Below are positions 19,107 through 30,990 of a stretch of 64,000 nt of DNA, one piece after another. The stretch's first letter is position 1; each line of letters opens with the position of its first letter. The notes under the pieces are model-generated. The model ran no database searches, had not been told where the DNA came from, and saw only the letters and a program-made list of their open reading frames with translations. A program made the position numbers and the translations under genes. Source of the stretch: Parachlamydiales bacterium (GTDB lineage: Bacteria; Chlamydiota; Chlamydiia; Chlamydiales; JAJFMK01); the NCBI GenBank assembly GCA_963765145.1, contig CAVXVG010000020.1, positions 32,001 through 96,000 on the forward strand, read 5' to 3'.

Positions 19107-19784
19107 ATGGTTGAGAATAAAAAAACGTCAAGATCTCCTATCGTATTGATGGGTAAGAAAGTTGGCATGACCCAAACTTTTGATGATAAAGGGAATGTAA
19201 CTCCCTGCACTGTTATCGAAGTTGAGCCGAATGTTGTGGTGCAGTTGAAGACTGCCGACACTGATGGTTACGAAGCTATCCAGCTTGGTTACCATACAGT
19301 GAAAGTCAACCACGAAGAAACGATTAAAAATCGTGTGACTGCTCCTTTGATTGGCCACTTCAAGAAAGGGGGCGTAGCTCCTTGCAGATTCCTGGCCGAA
19401 TCAAGAGTGTCTACTGCATCCGAATACAGTGTTGGCCAAGAAATTGGTGTTGAGCACTTCGAAGGCGTGGCATTTATCGACGCAAGAGCAGTTTCTAAAG
19501 GGAAAGGGTACCAAGGGGTTATCAAGCGATACCATTTCGCTGGAGGTCCTGCGGCGCACGGTTCTGGTTTCCACCGTCACGGTGGTTCCACAGGGATGAG
19601 ATCGACTCCTGGTCGTTGCTTCCCTGGTAGAAAAAAAGCGGGTCACATGGGAAATAAGCCTGTTACTGTTCAAAACCTTAAAATTGTCGGAATCGACAAA
19701 GAAAAAAGGGTTTTGTTAGTGAAAGGCGCAGTGCCTGGTCCCAATGGCGGAATGGTCAAAATTTCATCCGCAGTGAAGGCATAA
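19107..19784 (+). CDS. rplC: 50S ribosomal protein L3
   Basis: LMGKKVGMTQ, SKGKGYQGVIKR, GHMG; probable ATG at 19107. Confidence 0.97.
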   Translation: MVENKKTSRSPIVLMGKKVGMTQTFDDKGNVTPCTVIEVEPNVVVQLKTADTDGYEAIQLGYHTVKVNHEETIKNRVTAPLIGHFKKGGVAPCRFLAESRVSTASEYSVGQEIGVEHFEGVAFIDARAVSKGKGYQGVIKRYHFAGGPAAHGSGFHRHGGSTGMRSTPGRCFPGRKKAGHMGNKPVTVQNLKIVGIDKEKRVLLVKGAVPGPNGGMVKISSAVKA

Positions 19785-19804
19785 GGTAGGAGACGAGATA
19801 CTAG

Positions 19805-20494
19805 ATGGTTACGCTGAAAAAATTTAATTTAACTGGCAGCGAGCTCGGCACTTGCTCGATTGCTCCTCAGATTGTCGATGCAACAGCAGATAGTCAATCG
19901 ATCAAAGATTACATTGTGGCTTTGAGAGAAAATCAAAGACAGTGGAATGCTTGTGTAAAAAGAAGAAGCGAAGTCTCGCACAGCACGAAAAAGCCTCACC
20001 CTCAAAAAGGGACAGGTCGTGCTCGTCAAGGTTCGCTTGCCTCTACCCAATATAAAGGGGGGGGAAGGCCAATGGGTCCAAAGCCTAAGTTTGATCAACA
20101 CGTCAAGATTAATAAAAAAGAGAAAAGAGCTGCTATCCGCGCCCTTTTAGCTGAAAAAATCAGAGCTGGCAAAGTAGCTGTTCTTGACCATTTTGAAATG
20201 GAAGCGCCAAAAACTAAGAGTCTTTCGCACTTCCTGGGTAAAGTTGGCTTCGAAAGAAGACCTCTTTTCCTTGGCGAAAGCAATATCATTGGTCTTGAAG
20301 ACGAAGAAGGTGGAATCATGACATTCCACACTCCGCAAGAACAACACGATGCTTTCAAGCTGAGCCTCAGAAATATTCCGAAGGCAACATATGCGTTGGC
20401 CTCTTCAGTGTCTGGTTATGACATTTTAGTTGCCCATCACATTATCGTGTCTGAAAAAGCACTAGAAGAATTGACAAGCTGGCTGGTGGGGTAA
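19805..20494 (+). CDS. rplD: 50S ribosomal protein L4
   Basis: KPHPQKGTGRARQG. Confidence 0.97.
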   Translation: MVTLKKFNLTGSELGTCSIAPQIVDATADSQSIKDYIVALRENQRQWNACVKRRSEVSHSTKKPHPQKGTGRARQGSLASTQYKGGGRPMGPKPKFDQHVKINKKEKRAAIRALLAEKIRAGKVAVLDHFEMEAPKTKSLSHFLGKVGFERRPLFLGESNIIGLEDEEGGIMTFHTPQEQHDAFKLSLRNIPKATYALASSVSGYDILVAHHIIVSEKALEELTSWLVG

Positions 20495-20497
20495 AAC

Positions 20498-20845
20498 ATG
20501 ACTAAAACTATGAATCAACAAGATCCATTTGCCATCGTAAAGTCGCTTTATGTGACCGAAAAATCAAGAACTTTGCAAGAGCTGAAGAACAACACTTCTA
20601 ACCGCTCTGTTGCAAAGTGTGACCATCCAAAATATGTGTTTTTGGTTGATCCTGCTGCTAACAAGCACGAGATCAAGCAAGCTGTAGAGGAAATCTACAA
20701 GGCGCATGGTGTAAAAGTGACAAAAGTTAACACGATCCGCGTGAAGCCAAAGCCCTGTGGAAGACGGGGACGGCATGGTACAAAGGCCTCCTTTAAAAAG
20801 GCAGTTGTCACACTCGAACCGAAAGACAACTTAGAGGATCTCTAA
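20498..20845 (+). CDS. rplW: 50S ribosomal protein L23
   Basis: [22 protein letters not shown]. Confidence 0.95.
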   Translation: MTKTMNQQDPFAIVKSLYVTEKSRTLQELKNNTSNRSVAKCDHPKYVFLVDPAANKHEIKQAVEEIYKAHGVKVTKVNTIRVKPKPCGRRGRHGTKASFKKAVVTLEPKDNLEDL

Positions 20846-20847
20846 AG

Positions 20848-21690
20848 ATGTTAAAGAAAAGTAAACCAACATCCCCAGGTAGACGTCAGCTCATCTTGCC
20901 GATGAACGAGACATTGACACGTGTTGAAGGTAAACGTGTGACAGTTGCTCCGGAAAAAGGGCTTCTTCTTCCAAAAAGAAGAACCAACGGACGGAACAAC
21001 CAAGGACATATCACCTGCCGCCATAAAGGTGGTGGTCATAAGCGTCAGTACCGAATCATTGACTTCAAAAGGGATAAATATGACATTCCTGCGAAAGTTG
21101 CCTCTATTGAGTACGATCCAAACAGGACATCTTACATTGCGCTTTTGCACTATGTAGATGGTGAAAAGCGGTACATTATCGCTCCTCACGGGTTGAAAGA
21201 AGGCGATGTAGTGAAAACTAGCCAAGAGCCACCTTTTGATGTAGGGTGTGCGATGCAGCTTAAGTTTATGCCGATTGGTTCCACGATCCACAATATCGAA
21301 ATGGTACCAGGTAAAGGTGGTAAACTTGTCCGTTCTGCCGGTTTATCTGCACAGTTAATGGCAAGAAGCGGTGGCTTTGCGACGTTACGTATGCCATCGG
21401 GTGAAATGAGAATGGTGAGCGAAAGATGTGTTGCTACGTTTGGCACCGTCTCTAACTCAGAGCACAATTTGAGAAACGAAGGGAAAGCAGGACGTAAACG
21501 ATGGATGGGTGTACGCCCAACTGTTCGTGGTAATGCGATGAACCCTGTTGACCACCCACACGGTGGTGGTGAAGGTCGGAGTAAGGGGAACATTCCTCAA
21601 TCTCCTTGGGCAGTCTTTGCAAAAGGGCTACGCACAAGACCTTTGAAAAAGTCTCGTAAATTTATCGTGAAAGATAGACGGAAGAAGTAA
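20848..21690 (+). CDS. rplB: 50S ribosomal protein L2
   Basis: [28 protein letters not shown]. Confidence 0.98.
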   Translation: MLKKSKPTSPGRRQLILPMNETLTRVEGKRVTVAPEKGLLLPKRRTNGRNNQGHITCRHKGGGHKRQYRIIDFKRDKYDIPAKVASIEYDPNRTSYIALLHYVDGEKRYIIAPHGLKEGDVVKTSQEPPFDVGCAMQLKFMPIGSTIHNIEMVPGKGGKLVRSAGLSAQLMARSGGFATLRMPSGEMRMVSERCVATFGTVSNSEHNLRNEGKAGRKRWMGVRPTVRGNAMNPVDHPHGGGEGRSKGNIPQSPWAVFAKGLRTRPLKKSRKFIVKDRRKK

Positions 21691-21694
21691 TAGC

Positions 21695-21979
21695 ATGGCA
21701 CGTTCACTAAAAAAAGGACCCTTTGTCGACCACCATGTCGAAAAGAAGGTTCAAGCAAGACTGGTAGATGGCTCTAAAAAGCCGATTAAGACCTGGTCGC
21801 GCCGCTCAATGATCACACCAGAGATGGTGGGGATGACATTTGAAGTGCATAACGGAAAGAAGTTCATTTCTGTCTTCGTTTCTGATAATATGGTTGGACA
21901 TCGCCTTGGAGAGTTTTCTCCTACTAGAACTTTCAAGGGACATCCTTTGAAATCTAAAGAATCAGCTGGTGGAGGCTAG
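21695..21979 (+). CDS. rpsS: 30S ribosomal protein S19
   Basis: [27 protein letters not shown]. Confidence 0.98.
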   Translation: MARSLKKGPFVDHHVEKKVQARLVDGSKKPIKTWSRRSMITPEMVGMTFEVHNGKKFISVFVSDNMVGHRLGEFSPTRTFKGHPLKSKESAGGG

Positions 21980-21988
21980 AGACCGACT

Positions 21989-22330
21989 ATGATGAGAAAT
22001 GGAGCAAAAGCAATTTCAAAATACTTGAGGATTTCACCTCAAAAAGCCAGGCTTGCAGCTGCGTTGATTCGGAATCTTCCTATCGATAGAGCTGAAGCTG
22101 AACTGCGCTACTCAGGGCTCAAAGGGGGCAGACTCCTTTTGAAAACTTTGCAAAGCGCTGTGGCCAATGCGGTGATGCAGCAAGATGTTTCGAAAGAAGA
22201 ATTAAGAGTTGTCGAAGTACGAGTGGATGAAGGCCCTTCTCATAAAAGGGTTAAGCCAAAAAATAAGGGGGGAACCCATCCTTATAAAGTTCGGCAGAGC
22301 CATTTTACTGTGGTAGTAAACGTAGAGTAG
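21989..22330 (+). CDS. rplV: 50S ribosomal protein L22
   Basis: ISPQKARL, SAVANA, VDEGP. Confidence 0.96.
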   Translation: MMRNGAKAISKYLRISPQKARLAAALIRNLPIDRAEAELRYSGLKGGRLLLKTLQSAVANAVMQQDVSKEELRVVEVRVDEGPSHKRVKPKNKGGTHPYKVRQSHFTVVVNVE

Positions 22331-22343
22331 GATTGTAAAGAAT

Positions 22344-22997
22344 ATGGGACAAAAGACAAATCCAGTCGGTTTTCGTCTGGTCATCCGGAAAGATTGGCGT
22401 TCTCGTTGGTTTGCCAACAAAAAAGAGTTCAGCAAATACCTGATGGAAGATGCCAAGATCCGAGCTTTCCTGCTTAAAAAAGCGTGTTGCCAAGGCACCT
22501 CGAAAATTAAGATTAAGCGGATGAGCGACAAAATCGAAATCACAATTGCTACTGCTCGTCCAGGTCTTGTTATCGGGAAGAAAGGTTCAGAAATTGAGAT
22601 CTTGAAAAAAGAACTTTCTGACCTAACAAAGAAAGAAGTTTGGGTTGAAGTAGAAGAAATCAAGCGTCCAGATTTGGATGCACAAATTGTTGCCGACGGC
22701 ATTGCGCGTCAAATTGAGCGTAGAATTCCTTTTAGACGTGCGTTGAAAAAGGCTATTCAAGCGACAATGGATGCAGGCGCTGCAGGTATCAAATTGCAAA
22801 TTTCTGGTTGCATTGGCGGTGCAGAAATTGCAAGAACGGAAGGATATAAGGACGGAAGCGTTCCTTTGCATACGCTAAGAGCGGATATTGATTATGCTCA
22901 TGCGACTGCAAATACTTCCCACGGGACAATTGGAATTAAAGTGATCATCAATAAAGGTGAAACAGTCGTTCTCCCTAAGAAAGAGGTTGCAGCATGA
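22344..22997 (+). CDS. rpsC: 30S ribosomal protein S3
   Basis: [33 protein letters not shown]. Confidence 0.98.
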   Translation: MGQKTNPVGFRLVIRKDWRSRWFANKKEFSKYLMEDAKIRAFLLKKACCQGTSKIKIKRMSDKIEITIATARPGLVIGKKGSEIEILKKELSDLTKKEVWVEVEEIKRPDLDAQIVADGIARQIERRIPFRRALKKAIQATMDAGAAGIKLQISGCIGGAEIARTEGYKDGSVPLHTLRADIDYAHATANTSHGTIGIKVIINKGETVVLPKKEVAA

Positions 22998-23416
22998 GTT
23001 TGATGCCGAAGCGGACTAAATTCCGCAAAATGCAAAAAGGAAGTTGTTCAGGTTTAACAAAAGGTGCTGCCTTCGTTGATTTCGGCGATTATGGCATCCA
23101 AGTGTTAGAACGTGGTTGGATTACCAACCAGCAAATTGAAGCTTGCCGTGTGGTTATTAACCGATACTTTCAACGTAAAGGGAAAGTTTGGATCCGCGCG
23201 TTCCCAGATAAGCCTGTAACCAAAAAGCCAGCCGAAGTTCGGATGGGTAAAGGTAAAGGTGCAGTGGACCACTGGGTTTCAGTTGTTCGCCCTGGAAAGA
23301 TACTCTTCGAAGTTGGAAGTGTTTCAAAAGAAATGGCACAGAATGCTTTGAGAAGAGCTGCGGCAAAATTGCCATTAAAAACTCGCTTTGTTGAGCGTGT
23401 GGAAAGGGTAGGCTAA
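22994..23416 (+). CDS. rplP: 50S ribosomal protein L16
   Basis: [21 protein letters not shown]. Confidence 0.98.
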   Translation: MSLMPKRTKFRKMQKGSCSGLTKGAAFVDFGDYGIQVLERGWITNQQIEACRVVINRYFQRKGKVWIRAFPDKPVTKKPAEVRMGKGKGAVDHWVSVVRPGKILFEVGSVSKEMAQNALRRAAAKLPLKTRFVERVERVG

Positions 23417-23418
23417 AC

Positions 23419-23625
23419 ATGAATAAACTTACGCAAGCTCTGAGAGATCAATCAGTCGATGAACTTTCAGCGACTTTATATGAGACTCAAAGAGAGTTAT
23501 TTAACCTTAGGAATGAACTAAGTGTTAACAAAAAATTGGATAAGCCGCATCTTATTACAGCGCTACGTAAAAAGCGCGCAAGAGTGCTGACAATCCTTAA
23601 CGAAAAGAGTGCGAAGGCAAGCTGA
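23419..23625 (+). CDS. rpmC: 50S ribosomal protein L29
   Basis: [19 protein letters not shown]; position in operon. Confidence 0.93.
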   Translation: MNKLTQALRDQSVDELSATLYETQRELFNLRNELSVNKKLDKPHLITALRKKRARVLTILNEKSAKAS

Positions 23626-23909
23626 TGACTGACTCAAATGTACGTCCAAAAAGAAAAGTCAAAATCGGAACAGTGGTTTCGGCTAAGATGGATAAGACGG
23701 TAGTCGTTCGCACTGAACGGACATTCCGTCACCCTCGTTACGAGAAAATCGTAAAGACGGCGAAAAAATATTATGCGCATACAGATGATGCCTCTCTAAA
23801 AGAGGGAGATGTTGTCGAAATCATGGAAACACGTCCTATTTCTAAACTAGTCCGTTGGAGAGTAGTAGAAAGGGTCGGACATGATAACAAAGTACCAGTT
23901 GTAGCTTAA
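23625..23909 (+). CDS. rpsQ: 30S ribosomal protein S17
   Basis: [27 protein letters not shown]. Confidence 0.97.
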   Translation: MTDSNVRPKRKVKIGTVVSAKMDKTVVVRTERTFRHPRYEKIVKTAKKYYAHTDDASLKEGDVVEIMETRPISKLVRWRVVERVGHDNKVPVVA

Positions 23910-23927
23910 GATAGGTAGATAGCGGAT

Positions 23928-24296
23928 ATGATCCAACAAGAAACGCTCCTAGAAGTGGCTGATAACACTGGGGCAAAAAAAGTTAAATGTTTTAAGGTCC
24001 TCGGTGGATCTAAGAGACGTTACGCCTACGTTGGCGATGTGATTGTTTGCTCTGTTAGAGAAGCATCACCCGACGGCGGTGTGAAAGAAGGCGATGTGGT
24101 GAAAGCAGTCATCGTAAGAACACGTAATTACATCAGAAGAGGTGATGGATCAAAACTTCGCTTCGATGTAAACAGCTGTGTTCTGATTGATGACAAGTTG
24201 AATCCAAGAGGAACACGTATTTTTGGACCAGTCGCAAAAGAAGTTAGAGATAGAGGTTTCTTAAAGATTACCTCTTTAGCACCAGAGGTCATCTAA
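23928..24296 (+). CDS. rplN: 50S ribosomal protein L14
   Basis: [23 protein letters not shown]. Confidence 0.98.
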   Translation: MIQQETLLEVADNTGAKKVKCFKVLGGSKRRYAYVGDVIVCSVREASPDGGVKEGDVVKAVIVRTRNYIRRGDGSKLRFDVNSCVLIDDKLNPRGTRIFGPVAKEVRDRGFLKITSLAPEVI

Positions 24297-24306
24297 AGAG
24301 GATACT

Positions 24307-24636
24307 ATGGCATATTTAAGAAAAGATGATTCGGTCATTGTTCTCACTGGCAACAGCAAAGGGCTAAAAGGACCGATTTTAAAAATGAGCGGAAACAAAG
24401 TTGTCGTCCAAGGCGTAAACGTTCGCAAACGACACATGAAACCGACTCAAACTAGCCCAAAAGGTTCAGTGATTCAGGTGGAAAGACCGATCGATATTTC
24501 TAACGTTGCTCTTGAAGTCGAAGGGAAACCTGTTCGTCTGAAAGCTCGCTTAACGGCTGAAGGCGCGAAAGAGGTTTACTACAAAGAGGGCGATAAATTG
24601 GTCGTCTTCAGAACTGTTAGAAAGGGGGATAAGTAA
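24307..24636 (+). CDS. rplX: 50S ribosomal protein L24
   Basis: VVVQGVN, PIDISNV; position in operon. Confidence 0.95.
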   Translation: MAYLRKDDSVIVLTGNSKGLKGPILKMSGNKVVVQGVNVRKRHMKPTQTSPKGSVIQVERPIDISNVALEVEGKPVRLKARLTAEGAKEVYYKEGDKLVVFRTVRKGDK

Positions 24637-24641
24637 TCCCA

Positions 24642-25205
24642 ATGTCCAGACTGAAAGAAAGATATAAAAAAGAAGTAAGAAAAGCATTGCAAGAGAAGTT
24701 TGGCTATGCCAACTCTATGCAAGTCCCATCATTGAAGACGATTGTCCTCTCAATGGGTATTGCTGAAGCTTCGAAAGACAAAAACGTAGTTCAACAGATT
24801 GTGAACGAAGTTTCAATGATCACTGGTCAAAAGCCAATCATCGTGAAATCTAAGAAAGCCATTTCAAACTTTAAACTAAGACAAGGGCAACCTATCGGTT
24901 TAAAGATCACCATGCGTGGTGTAAGAATGTACGAGTTCTTAGATCGTTTTTGCAATATTGCATGCCCAAGGATCCGCGACTTTCACGGCTTTGGAACTAA
25001 ATGTGACGGTAGAGGCAATTTCTCTTTAGGTCTTGATGACCAACAGGTATTTCCCGAAGTCAATTTAGACCAGATGAAGAAAGTGCAGGGGATGAACCTA
25101 AACTTTGTGACCAATGCTAAAACTGATGAAGAGTGCGTAGAGCTTCTCCGTCAACTAGGCTTGCCATTTAAAAATTTACCCATTGTTGTTGCAACAGCAG
25201 CCTAA
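24642..25205 (+). CDS. rplE: 50S ribosomal protein L5
   Basis: [23 protein letters not shown]. Confidence 0.98.
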   Translation: MSRLKERYKKEVRKALQEKFGYANSMQVPSLKTIVLSMGIAEASKDKNVVQQIVNEVSMITGQKPIIVKSKKAISNFKLRQGQPIGLKITMRGVRMYEFLDRFCNIACPRIRDFHGFGTKCDGRGNFSLGLDDQQVFPEVNLDQMKKVQGMNLNFVTNAKTDEECVELLRQLGLPFKNLPIVVATAA

Positions 25206-25215
25206 AAGAGATTTT

Positions 25216-25611
25216 ATGAATTTAAGCGACCCAATAGCCGACTTTTTAACAAGAATCCGTAATGCAAGTGCTGCTCAAAATAGATTTTGCGACATACCTT
25301 GGAGCAAACTTAAAGAGCAACTAGCTGAAATCTTAAAAGAGCAAGGACTTGTAGAAAGCTACCAAGTTAATCTCAAAGGGACTTTCGGAACGATTAGAGT
25401 CTATCTGAAGTATGCTGGACGTAGACAAGTTCTTAATGGATTAAAAAGGATGAGCAGTCCTGGATCTAGAAGATACGTCACTAAGGATCAGATTCCAAAG
25501 TTCTTTGGTGGTTTAGGTATACCTGTTCTATCAACCTCAAAAGGTGTGATGGCAGGAGCAGATGCGCATAGAGAGCAAATTGGTGGCGAGCTCCTCTTTT
25601 TGGCGTGGTAG
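25216..25611 (+). CDS. rpsH: 30S ribosomal protein S8
   Basis: DPIADFLTRIRN, STSKGVM, GGEL. Confidence 0.98.
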   Translation: MNLSDPIADFLTRIRNASAAQNRFCDIPWSKLKEQLAEILKEQGLVESYQVNLKGTFGTIRVYLKYAGRRQVLNGLKRMSSPGSRRYVTKDQIPKFFGGLGIPVLSTSKGVMAGADAHREQIGGELLFLAW

Positions 25612-25647
25612 AAATTAGAAGAATAAGTGTTGGAGAAATAGAGAAAA

Positions 25648-26190
25648 ATGTCTCGTAAAGGTAAACAGCCGATCAGTATCCCAAAAGGGGTAGAGATCTC
25701 CATATCTGGACAGAAAATATCAGCCAAAGGCCCAAAAGGCACATTGGAGAGAGCTTTACCTGCTCAACTTTCTGCTAAAAAAGAAGAGCAGAATTTACTG
25801 ATTGAATTAAGAGAAGGACAAGAAGAGTATTCAAACCTTCATGGCCTATTCCGTTCTCTGATTGCCAACATGGTAGATGGAGTCAGTAGCGGTTTTGTAA
25901 GAAAGCTAGAGATGATTGGTGTGGGTTACCGCGCCTCCGTCCAAGGGCAACTGCTTGATCTTTTGATCGGGTTGTCGCACCCAACTAAGCTTCCTATTCC
26001 AAACGGAGTAGAGGTGAAGGTGGAAAAAAATACATTAATCGTTCTCTCTGGAAACGACAAACATGTCCTGGGGCAATTTGCTGCGGTTATTCGCTCTAAG
26101 AAGCCACCAGAGCCATATCAAGGAAAAGGTATTCGCTATCAAGGCGAATATGTGAGGAAAAAAGCTGGTAAAACAGCTGCTAAGAAGTGA
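25648..26190 (+). CDS. rplF: 50S ribosomal protein L6
   Basis: KGPKGTL, GVGYRA, PEPYQGKGIRY. Confidence 0.98.
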   Translation: MSRKGKQPISIPKGVEISISGQKISAKGPKGTLERALPAQLSAKKEEQNLLIELREGQEEYSNLHGLFRSLIANMVDGVSSGFVRKLEMIGVGYRASVQGQLLDLLIGLSHPTKLPIPNGVEVKVEKNTLIVLSGNDKHVLGQFAAVIRSKKPPEPYQGKGIRYQGEYVRKKAGKTAAKK

Positions 26191-26194
26191 TGTT

Positions 26195-26566
26195 ATGAAA
26201 GTTTCAGGCACAAAAAAAAGACAATTAAGAGTTAAAAGAGCCTTGAGGGTTCGCAAGAGACTGATCAGTACATCTGATCGTCCACGCCTCGTTGTCAAAA
26301 AGACAAATAAGCATTTGTCTGCTCAGATCATAGATGATTCTAAGCATGCGACGCTTGCCTCTTTTTCTACCCTTTCGAAAGAAAACAAAGGGACGCCCTT
26401 TGCTAAGAAAGGCAAAGAATCAGCCAAGAAAATTGGAGAGGAGATCGCTGCACGTGCGCTTTCTCAAAATATTAAGGCTGTCGTTTTCGACAGAGGTGCT
26501 TGCAAGTATCACGGCTTGTTAGCGATCGTTGCAGATTCTGCTCGTGAAAAAGGATTGGAGCTTTAA
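26195..26566 (+). CDS. rplR: 50S ribosomal protein L18
   Basis: RPRLVV, VVFDRG, YHG. Confidence 0.97.
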   Translation: MKVSGTKKRQLRVKRALRVRKRLISTSDRPRLVVKKTNKHLSAQIIDDSKHATLASFSTLSKENKGTPFAKKGKESAKKIGEEIAARALSQNIKAVVFDRGACKYHGLLAIVADSAREKGLEL

Positions 26567-26571
26567 ACACT

Positions 26572-27063
26572 ATGGCAAAGGGTAACGAAGCAGAAAAGAA
26601 AAACGATGGTCTAGAGGAAAAAGTACTCTATATCAATCGTTGCTCGAAAGTAGTAAAGGGCGGTAGGAAATTTAGTTTCTCCGCGCTTATCTTAGTCGGC
26701 GATAAAAAAGGTTCTGTTGGATATGGGTTTGCAAAAGCCAACGAGTTAACAGACGCTATCCGTAAGGGTGGTGAAAACGCTCGTAAGAATTTGATCAAGG
26801 TTGCTCTTGAAGACATGACTTTGCCTCACGAAGTCAATGTTCGTTGGGATGGAGCTTCTATCTGCATGAGACCGGCCAAAAATGGCTCTGGTGTTATTGC
26901 TGGATCACAAGTTCGAGCTATTTTGGAATTTGCAGGAATTAAGGATGTGATGGCAAAGAGTCTCGGAGCCAACAATCCATTGAATCTTGTTAAGGCTACA
27001 TTTAAAGGGCTGCAAATGCTCGATAAGAAAGAGACCATCGAGAAGATGAGGGAGTCAGCTTAA
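26572..27063 (+). CDS. rpsE: 30S ribosomal protein S5
   Basis: KVVKGGRKFSF, GSGVIAG. Confidence 0.98.
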   Translation: MAKGNEAEKKNDGLEEKVLYINRCSKVVKGGRKFSFSALILVGDKKGSVGYGFAKANELTDAIRKGGENARKNLIKVALEDMTLPHEVNVRWDGASICMRPAKNGSGVIAGSQVRAILEFAGIKDVMAKSLGANNPLNLVKATFKGLQMLDKKETIEKMRESA

Positions 27064-27507
27064 ATGACAGACTTAAGTGCATTAAAAAATAATTCTCGTC
27101 CCTACAAAACGCGTAAGCGTGTAGGTAGAGGTCCGGGATCAAAACTGGGTAAAACTTGCGGTCGCGGTGTAAAAGGTGCGGGTTCTCGTTCCGGTTATAC
27201 TAGACGTTGGGGCTATGAAGGCGGTCAGATGCGTATGCACATGAAAATGCCTAAGCGTGGTTTCAGCAACGTTAGATTCCAGAAAAGGCTTGAATCAGTC
27301 AATTTGGGTATGATCGAAGAACACTTTCAAGATGGCGATGAAGTCAGCTACGAAACGTTGTTCCTAAAACGTCTAGTTCGTGGTAACGGATATGGCGTGA
27401 AATTGTTGGGTGACGGCGAAATAACAAAGAAAGTTGTTTTGGTTGTTGATGACATTTCAGAATCTGCTCGAGTGAAAATTGAAAAGGCCGGCATCCAAGT
27501 AGGATAA
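27064..27507 (+). CDS. rplO: 50S ribosomal protein L15
   Basis: RVGRGPGS, GKTCGRG, EGGQM. Confidence 0.97.
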   Translation: MTDLSALKNNSRPYKTRKRVGRGPGSKLGKTCGRGVKGAGSRSGYTRRWGYEGGQMRMHMKMPKRGFSNVRFQKRLESVNLGMIEEHFQDGDEVSYETLFLKRLVRGNGYGVKLLGDGEITKKVVLVVDDISESARVKIEKAGIQVG

Positions 27508-27606
27508 GCCTTTTGTGTGAAAAGGTTGCAAAGTGTTTTTGAACACCTTGCAACTTCTTCTAGTGAAATAGTTGAAACAGAATCCTCCATAAGAGGACAT
27601 GGTAGT

Positions 27607-28977
27607 ATGTTCCCAAACCTGCAGAAAATCTTACAGATTCCCGAGCTAAAGCAAAAGATTATATTCACTTTGCTAATGCTTGTAGTCTGCCGTATCGGTG
27701 GATTTGTTCCCGTTCCAGGTATTAACGGTGAACTTGCCATGTCGTTGTTTAAACAGGCAACTGGTGGTGCTCAAAACCTGTTTCAGTTAGTTGACATTTT
27801 TTCTGGCGGCGCATTTTCACAAATGACAGTCATTGCATTAGGTGTGATTCCATACATTTCTTCTTCGATCATCATGCAATTGATGATGGCTTTATCGCCA
27901 AGCTTGATGAGAGAAATGCAAGAGAACCAACAAGCAGCACGCCGTAAAGTTAATCAATACACAAGATACCTAACCGTTATACTGGCTTTGGTTCAGTCGT
28001 TTTTGTTCGCAAGATACGCTTTATCAATGAATTTGGCTAACCCAGGCATCATCAACTCAGAGCTCATCACAAATACCTTATTTGGCTTTCCATTGCTCTT
28101 CTTTGTTGTGACCATGTTAAGCATGACAGCTGGTACGATGTTTTTGGTTTGGGTAGGTGAACAGATCACTGACCGTGGAATTGGTAACGGAATGAGTTTG
28201 ATCATCACGCTTGGTATCGTTTCTTCTCTTCCTTCGGCCGTAGGTCAAGTGTTCCAACAGCTAAACTTAGATTCGCAAGCTGCCGGTCAGATGAGCTTTA
28301 CAACTGTGATTGTGCTGTTGGCTATGTTTATCCTAGTCACCCTTTCAACAATTCTTATTGTTCAAGGAACAAGGAAGATTCCACTTCAGTATGCAAGAAG
28401 GGTGGTAGGTCGCCAGGAAGTACAAGGGGCGACATCCTTTATTCCATTAAAAGTAAATTACGCAGGGGTTGTGCCGGTTATTTTTGCATCAGCACTTCTC
28501 ATGTTCCCAGCTACACTTGCTCAATTTATCGGACAAGGTACTTGGTTTGCTGATATCGCTGCATCCATTACGCCCGGATCGACAATCTACATTCTATTCT
28601 ATGTCGCTCTGATCGTATTTTTTACCTATTTTTGGACTGCAACACAATTTAAGCCTGACCAGATTGCTTCAGAAATGAAGAAAAATGGGGCTTTTATCCC
28701 AGGAGTACGGCAAGGGAAACCGACCCAAGAATACCTGGAAGATACGATGAATAAGATCACTTTCTTAGGAGCAATCTCGCTTGCGTTGATTGCAGTCCTA
28801 CCAAATATGGTAGGCAGATTCTTAGGGGTACCTCCAACCATTAGCTATTATTTTGGTGGAACGGCTCTTTTGATTCTCGTTGGAGTGGTCTTGGATACTG
28901 TAAAACAGGTGGAATCCCACCTCATTATGAAGCGATATGATGGCTTCATGAGAAAAAGTAAGGCTAAAATGAGATGA
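27607..28977 (+). CDS. secY: Preprotein translocase SecY
   Basis: ALGVIPYISSSII, GIGNGMS, AGVVPVIFAS, IPGVRQG; ATG at 27607. Confidence 0.98.
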   Translation: MFPNLQKILQIPELKQKIIFTLLMLVVCRIGGFVPVPGINGELAMSLFKQATGGAQNLFQLVDIFSGGAFSQMTVIALGVIPYISSSIIMQLMMALSPSLMREMQENQQAARRKVNQYTRYLTVILALVQSFLFARYALSMNLANPGIINSELITNTLFGFPLLFFVVTMLSMTAGTMFLVWVGEQITDRGIGNGMSLIITLGIVSSLPSAVGQVFQQLNLDSQAAGQMSFTTVIVLLAMFILVTLSTILIVQGTRKIPLQYARRVVGRQEVQGATSFIPLKVNYAGVVPVIFASALLMFPATLAQFIGQGTWFADIAASITPGSTIYILFYVALIVFFTYFWTATQFKPDQIASEMKKNGAFIPGVRQGKPTQEYLEDTMNKITFLGAISLALIAVLPNMVGRFLGVPPTISYYFGGTALLILVGVVLDTVKQVESHLIMKRYDGFMRKSKAKMR

Positions 28978-29040
28978 GCCCCTTTCAAGTTTTACAAAGA
29001 AATGATAAACTATTAGCTCTTTTCCTCTAGGAGACTGCAC

Positions 29041-29409
29041 ATGCCACGGATTATCGGGATAGACGTTCCAGATAACAAGCGACTCGTTATTAGCCTTACT
29101 TACCTTTTTGGTATCGGTAAGCATTTGTCGCAACAGATCATTGATCGTTTGGGATTGGATCCCAACTTGAGAGCGCATAAATTAACTCAAGACGATATAG
29201 CGAAAATTAACACCCTCTTGCAGGCTGAATATGTAGTGGAAGGGGATTTAAGAAGAGATATTCAAAACAACATTAAACGTTTAATCTCGATCCATTCGTA
29301 TCGCGGAATGCGTCACCGTCTAAAATTGCCCGTTAGAGGACAAAGGACAAGGACCAACGCTCGTACGAGAAAAGGTAAGAAGAAAACAGTGGCTAACAAG
29401 AAAAAATAG
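29041..29409 (+). CDS. rpsM: 30S ribosomal protein S13
   Basis: [22 protein letters not shown]. Confidence 0.98.
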   Translation: MPRIIGIDVPDNKRLVISLTYLFGIGKHLSQQIIDRLGLDPNLRAHKLTQDDIAKINTLLQAEYVVEGDLRRDIQNNIKRLISIHSYRGMRHRLKLPVRGQRTRTNARTRKGKKKTVANKKK

Positions 29410-29421
29410 GGCAGATTGTAA

Positions 29422-29826
29422 ATGAATAAGCAAGTAGCTTCCAAAAAGGGACCAAAGGCCAAAAAACGTGCGTTTTCTAATGTTCCTTTTGCAATAGCCC
29501 ATGTTAAGGCAACCTTTAACAACACGATCATTGCGATTACAGATCCATCAGGAAAAGTTCTTTCGTGGTCTTCAGCCGGTAAAGTTAACTTTTCTGGCTC
29601 GAGAAAATCTGCAGCTTTTGCAGCAACAGTAGCGGCTCAAGATGCTGCTAAGTCTGCGCAAAGCTACGGTGTTAAAGAGATTGAAGTCAATTTAAATGGA
29701 CCTGGCGCTGGTCGTGAATCTGCTGTAAGGGGATTCATTGGTGCAGGATTGAATGTGACGACTATTAGGGATAAAACACCCGTTCCACATAACGGCTGCA
29801 GACCCCGCAAAAAACGTCGCGTATAA
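29422..29826 (+). CDS. rpsK: 30S ribosomal protein S11
   Basis: [23 protein letters not shown]. Confidence 0.98.
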   Translation: MNKQVASKKGPKAKKRAFSNVPFAIAHVKATFNNTIIAITDPSGKVLSWSSAGKVNFSGSRKSAAFAATVAAQDAAKSAQSYGVKEIEVNLNGPGAGRESAVRGFIGAGLNVTTIRDKTPVPHNGCRPRKKRRV

Positions 29827-29854
29827 AGAAACGAAGAGTTGGAGTTAAACAAGC

Positions 29855-30982
29855 ATGACATCACTTCCTTATGGAAAGTTTGAGCTACCTACAAAAATCA
29901 CTGTAGAAGAAAAAGGCAAAACGCCTAACTTCGCAAGAGTGGTTCTCGAGCCGTTCGAGAAAGGGTATGGCCACACGGTTGGAAACACGATGCGTCGTGT
30001 ACTTCTTACTTCGATAGAAGCGCCTGCCATTATCTCTTTGTCGATTGAAGGCGTACCACACGAATTCATGTCGATGGAGGGGGTCATTGAAGATATGACC
30101 ACAATCGTCCTGAATTTGAAAGGTGGTTTGATCAGAAAATTGAACTTTTCTGAAGATCGTCTAGGCACTTCAAGGATCATTACTACACAGTTAGATATCA
30201 ATAAAAGTGATATTGACGCTCAAAAAGGTGCATACCAAGTTAAGTTAGGCGAACTTATTAAGGATAAGACTTATGAAGTAGTCAATCCTAATATGCACGT
30301 CTTTACAGTCACTAAGCCTTTCAAAAAACAGATTGATTTAAGAATTGCTTTAGGCCGTGGATATGTCCCATCAGAGCGTCATCAAATTTTTGACAGAGTC
30401 TCAAACGAGATCCTTCTTGATGCTGCCTATTCACCAGTACGTCTTGTAAACTATATTGTTGAAAACACAAGGGTTGGACAAGATACTGACTTTGATAAAT
30501 TAATATTCGAAATCACAACCGACGGAAGGATTACTCCAGCCGAGGCACTTTCATTTGCTGCGCAGATTTCAGTGAAGCATTTCGATATCTTTAACAAAAT
30601 TAAAAGTTACAACCTCACATTCGATGAAGAGCAAACAGAGCTGACTTCAGATGATGATGAGATTTTAGATAAGCTCTCTTTAGGAATCGATGAAATCGAA
30701 CTTTCAGTTCGTTCAACCAACTGCTTAGTTGGTGCAAACATCGAGACTATTGCAGAACTTGTTTCGATCCCAGATCGAAAAATGTTAGAATTTAGAAACT
30801 TTGGTAAGAAATCTCTCAATGAAATCAAGGCAAAGCTTACAGAAATGGGGCTTCACCTTGGAATGGATCTTTCTCGCTTCAATATCACGCTTGACAACGT
30901 TAAAGAGAAAATGCGTCAAGTTAGAGAACAGCGCAGAACCAGAAGAGAACAAGCTAAGGCCGAAGAGGAATCACAGGTTTAG
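29855..30982 (+). CDS. rpoA: RNA polymerase alpha subunit
   Basis: [33 protein letters not shown]. Confidence 0.98.
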   Translation: MTSLPYGKFELPTKITVEEKGKTPNFARVVLEPFEKGYGHTVGNTMRRVLLTSIEAPAIISLSIEGVPHEFMSMEGVIEDMTTIVLNLKGGLIRKLNFSEDRLGTSRIITTQLDINKSDIDAQKGAYQVKLGELIKDKTYEVVNPNMHVFTVTKPFKKQIDLRIALGRGYVPSERHQIFDRVSNEILLDAAYSPVRLVNYIVENTRVGQDTDFDKLIFEITTDGRITPAEALSFAAQISVKHFDIFNKIKSYNLTFDEEQTELTSDDDEILDKLSLGIDEIELSVRSTNCLVGANIETIAELVSIPDRKMLEFRNFGKKSLNEIKAKLTEMGLHLGMDLSRFNITLDNVKEKMRQVREQRRTRREQAKAEEESQV

Positions 30983-30990
30983 GAAGCAAC

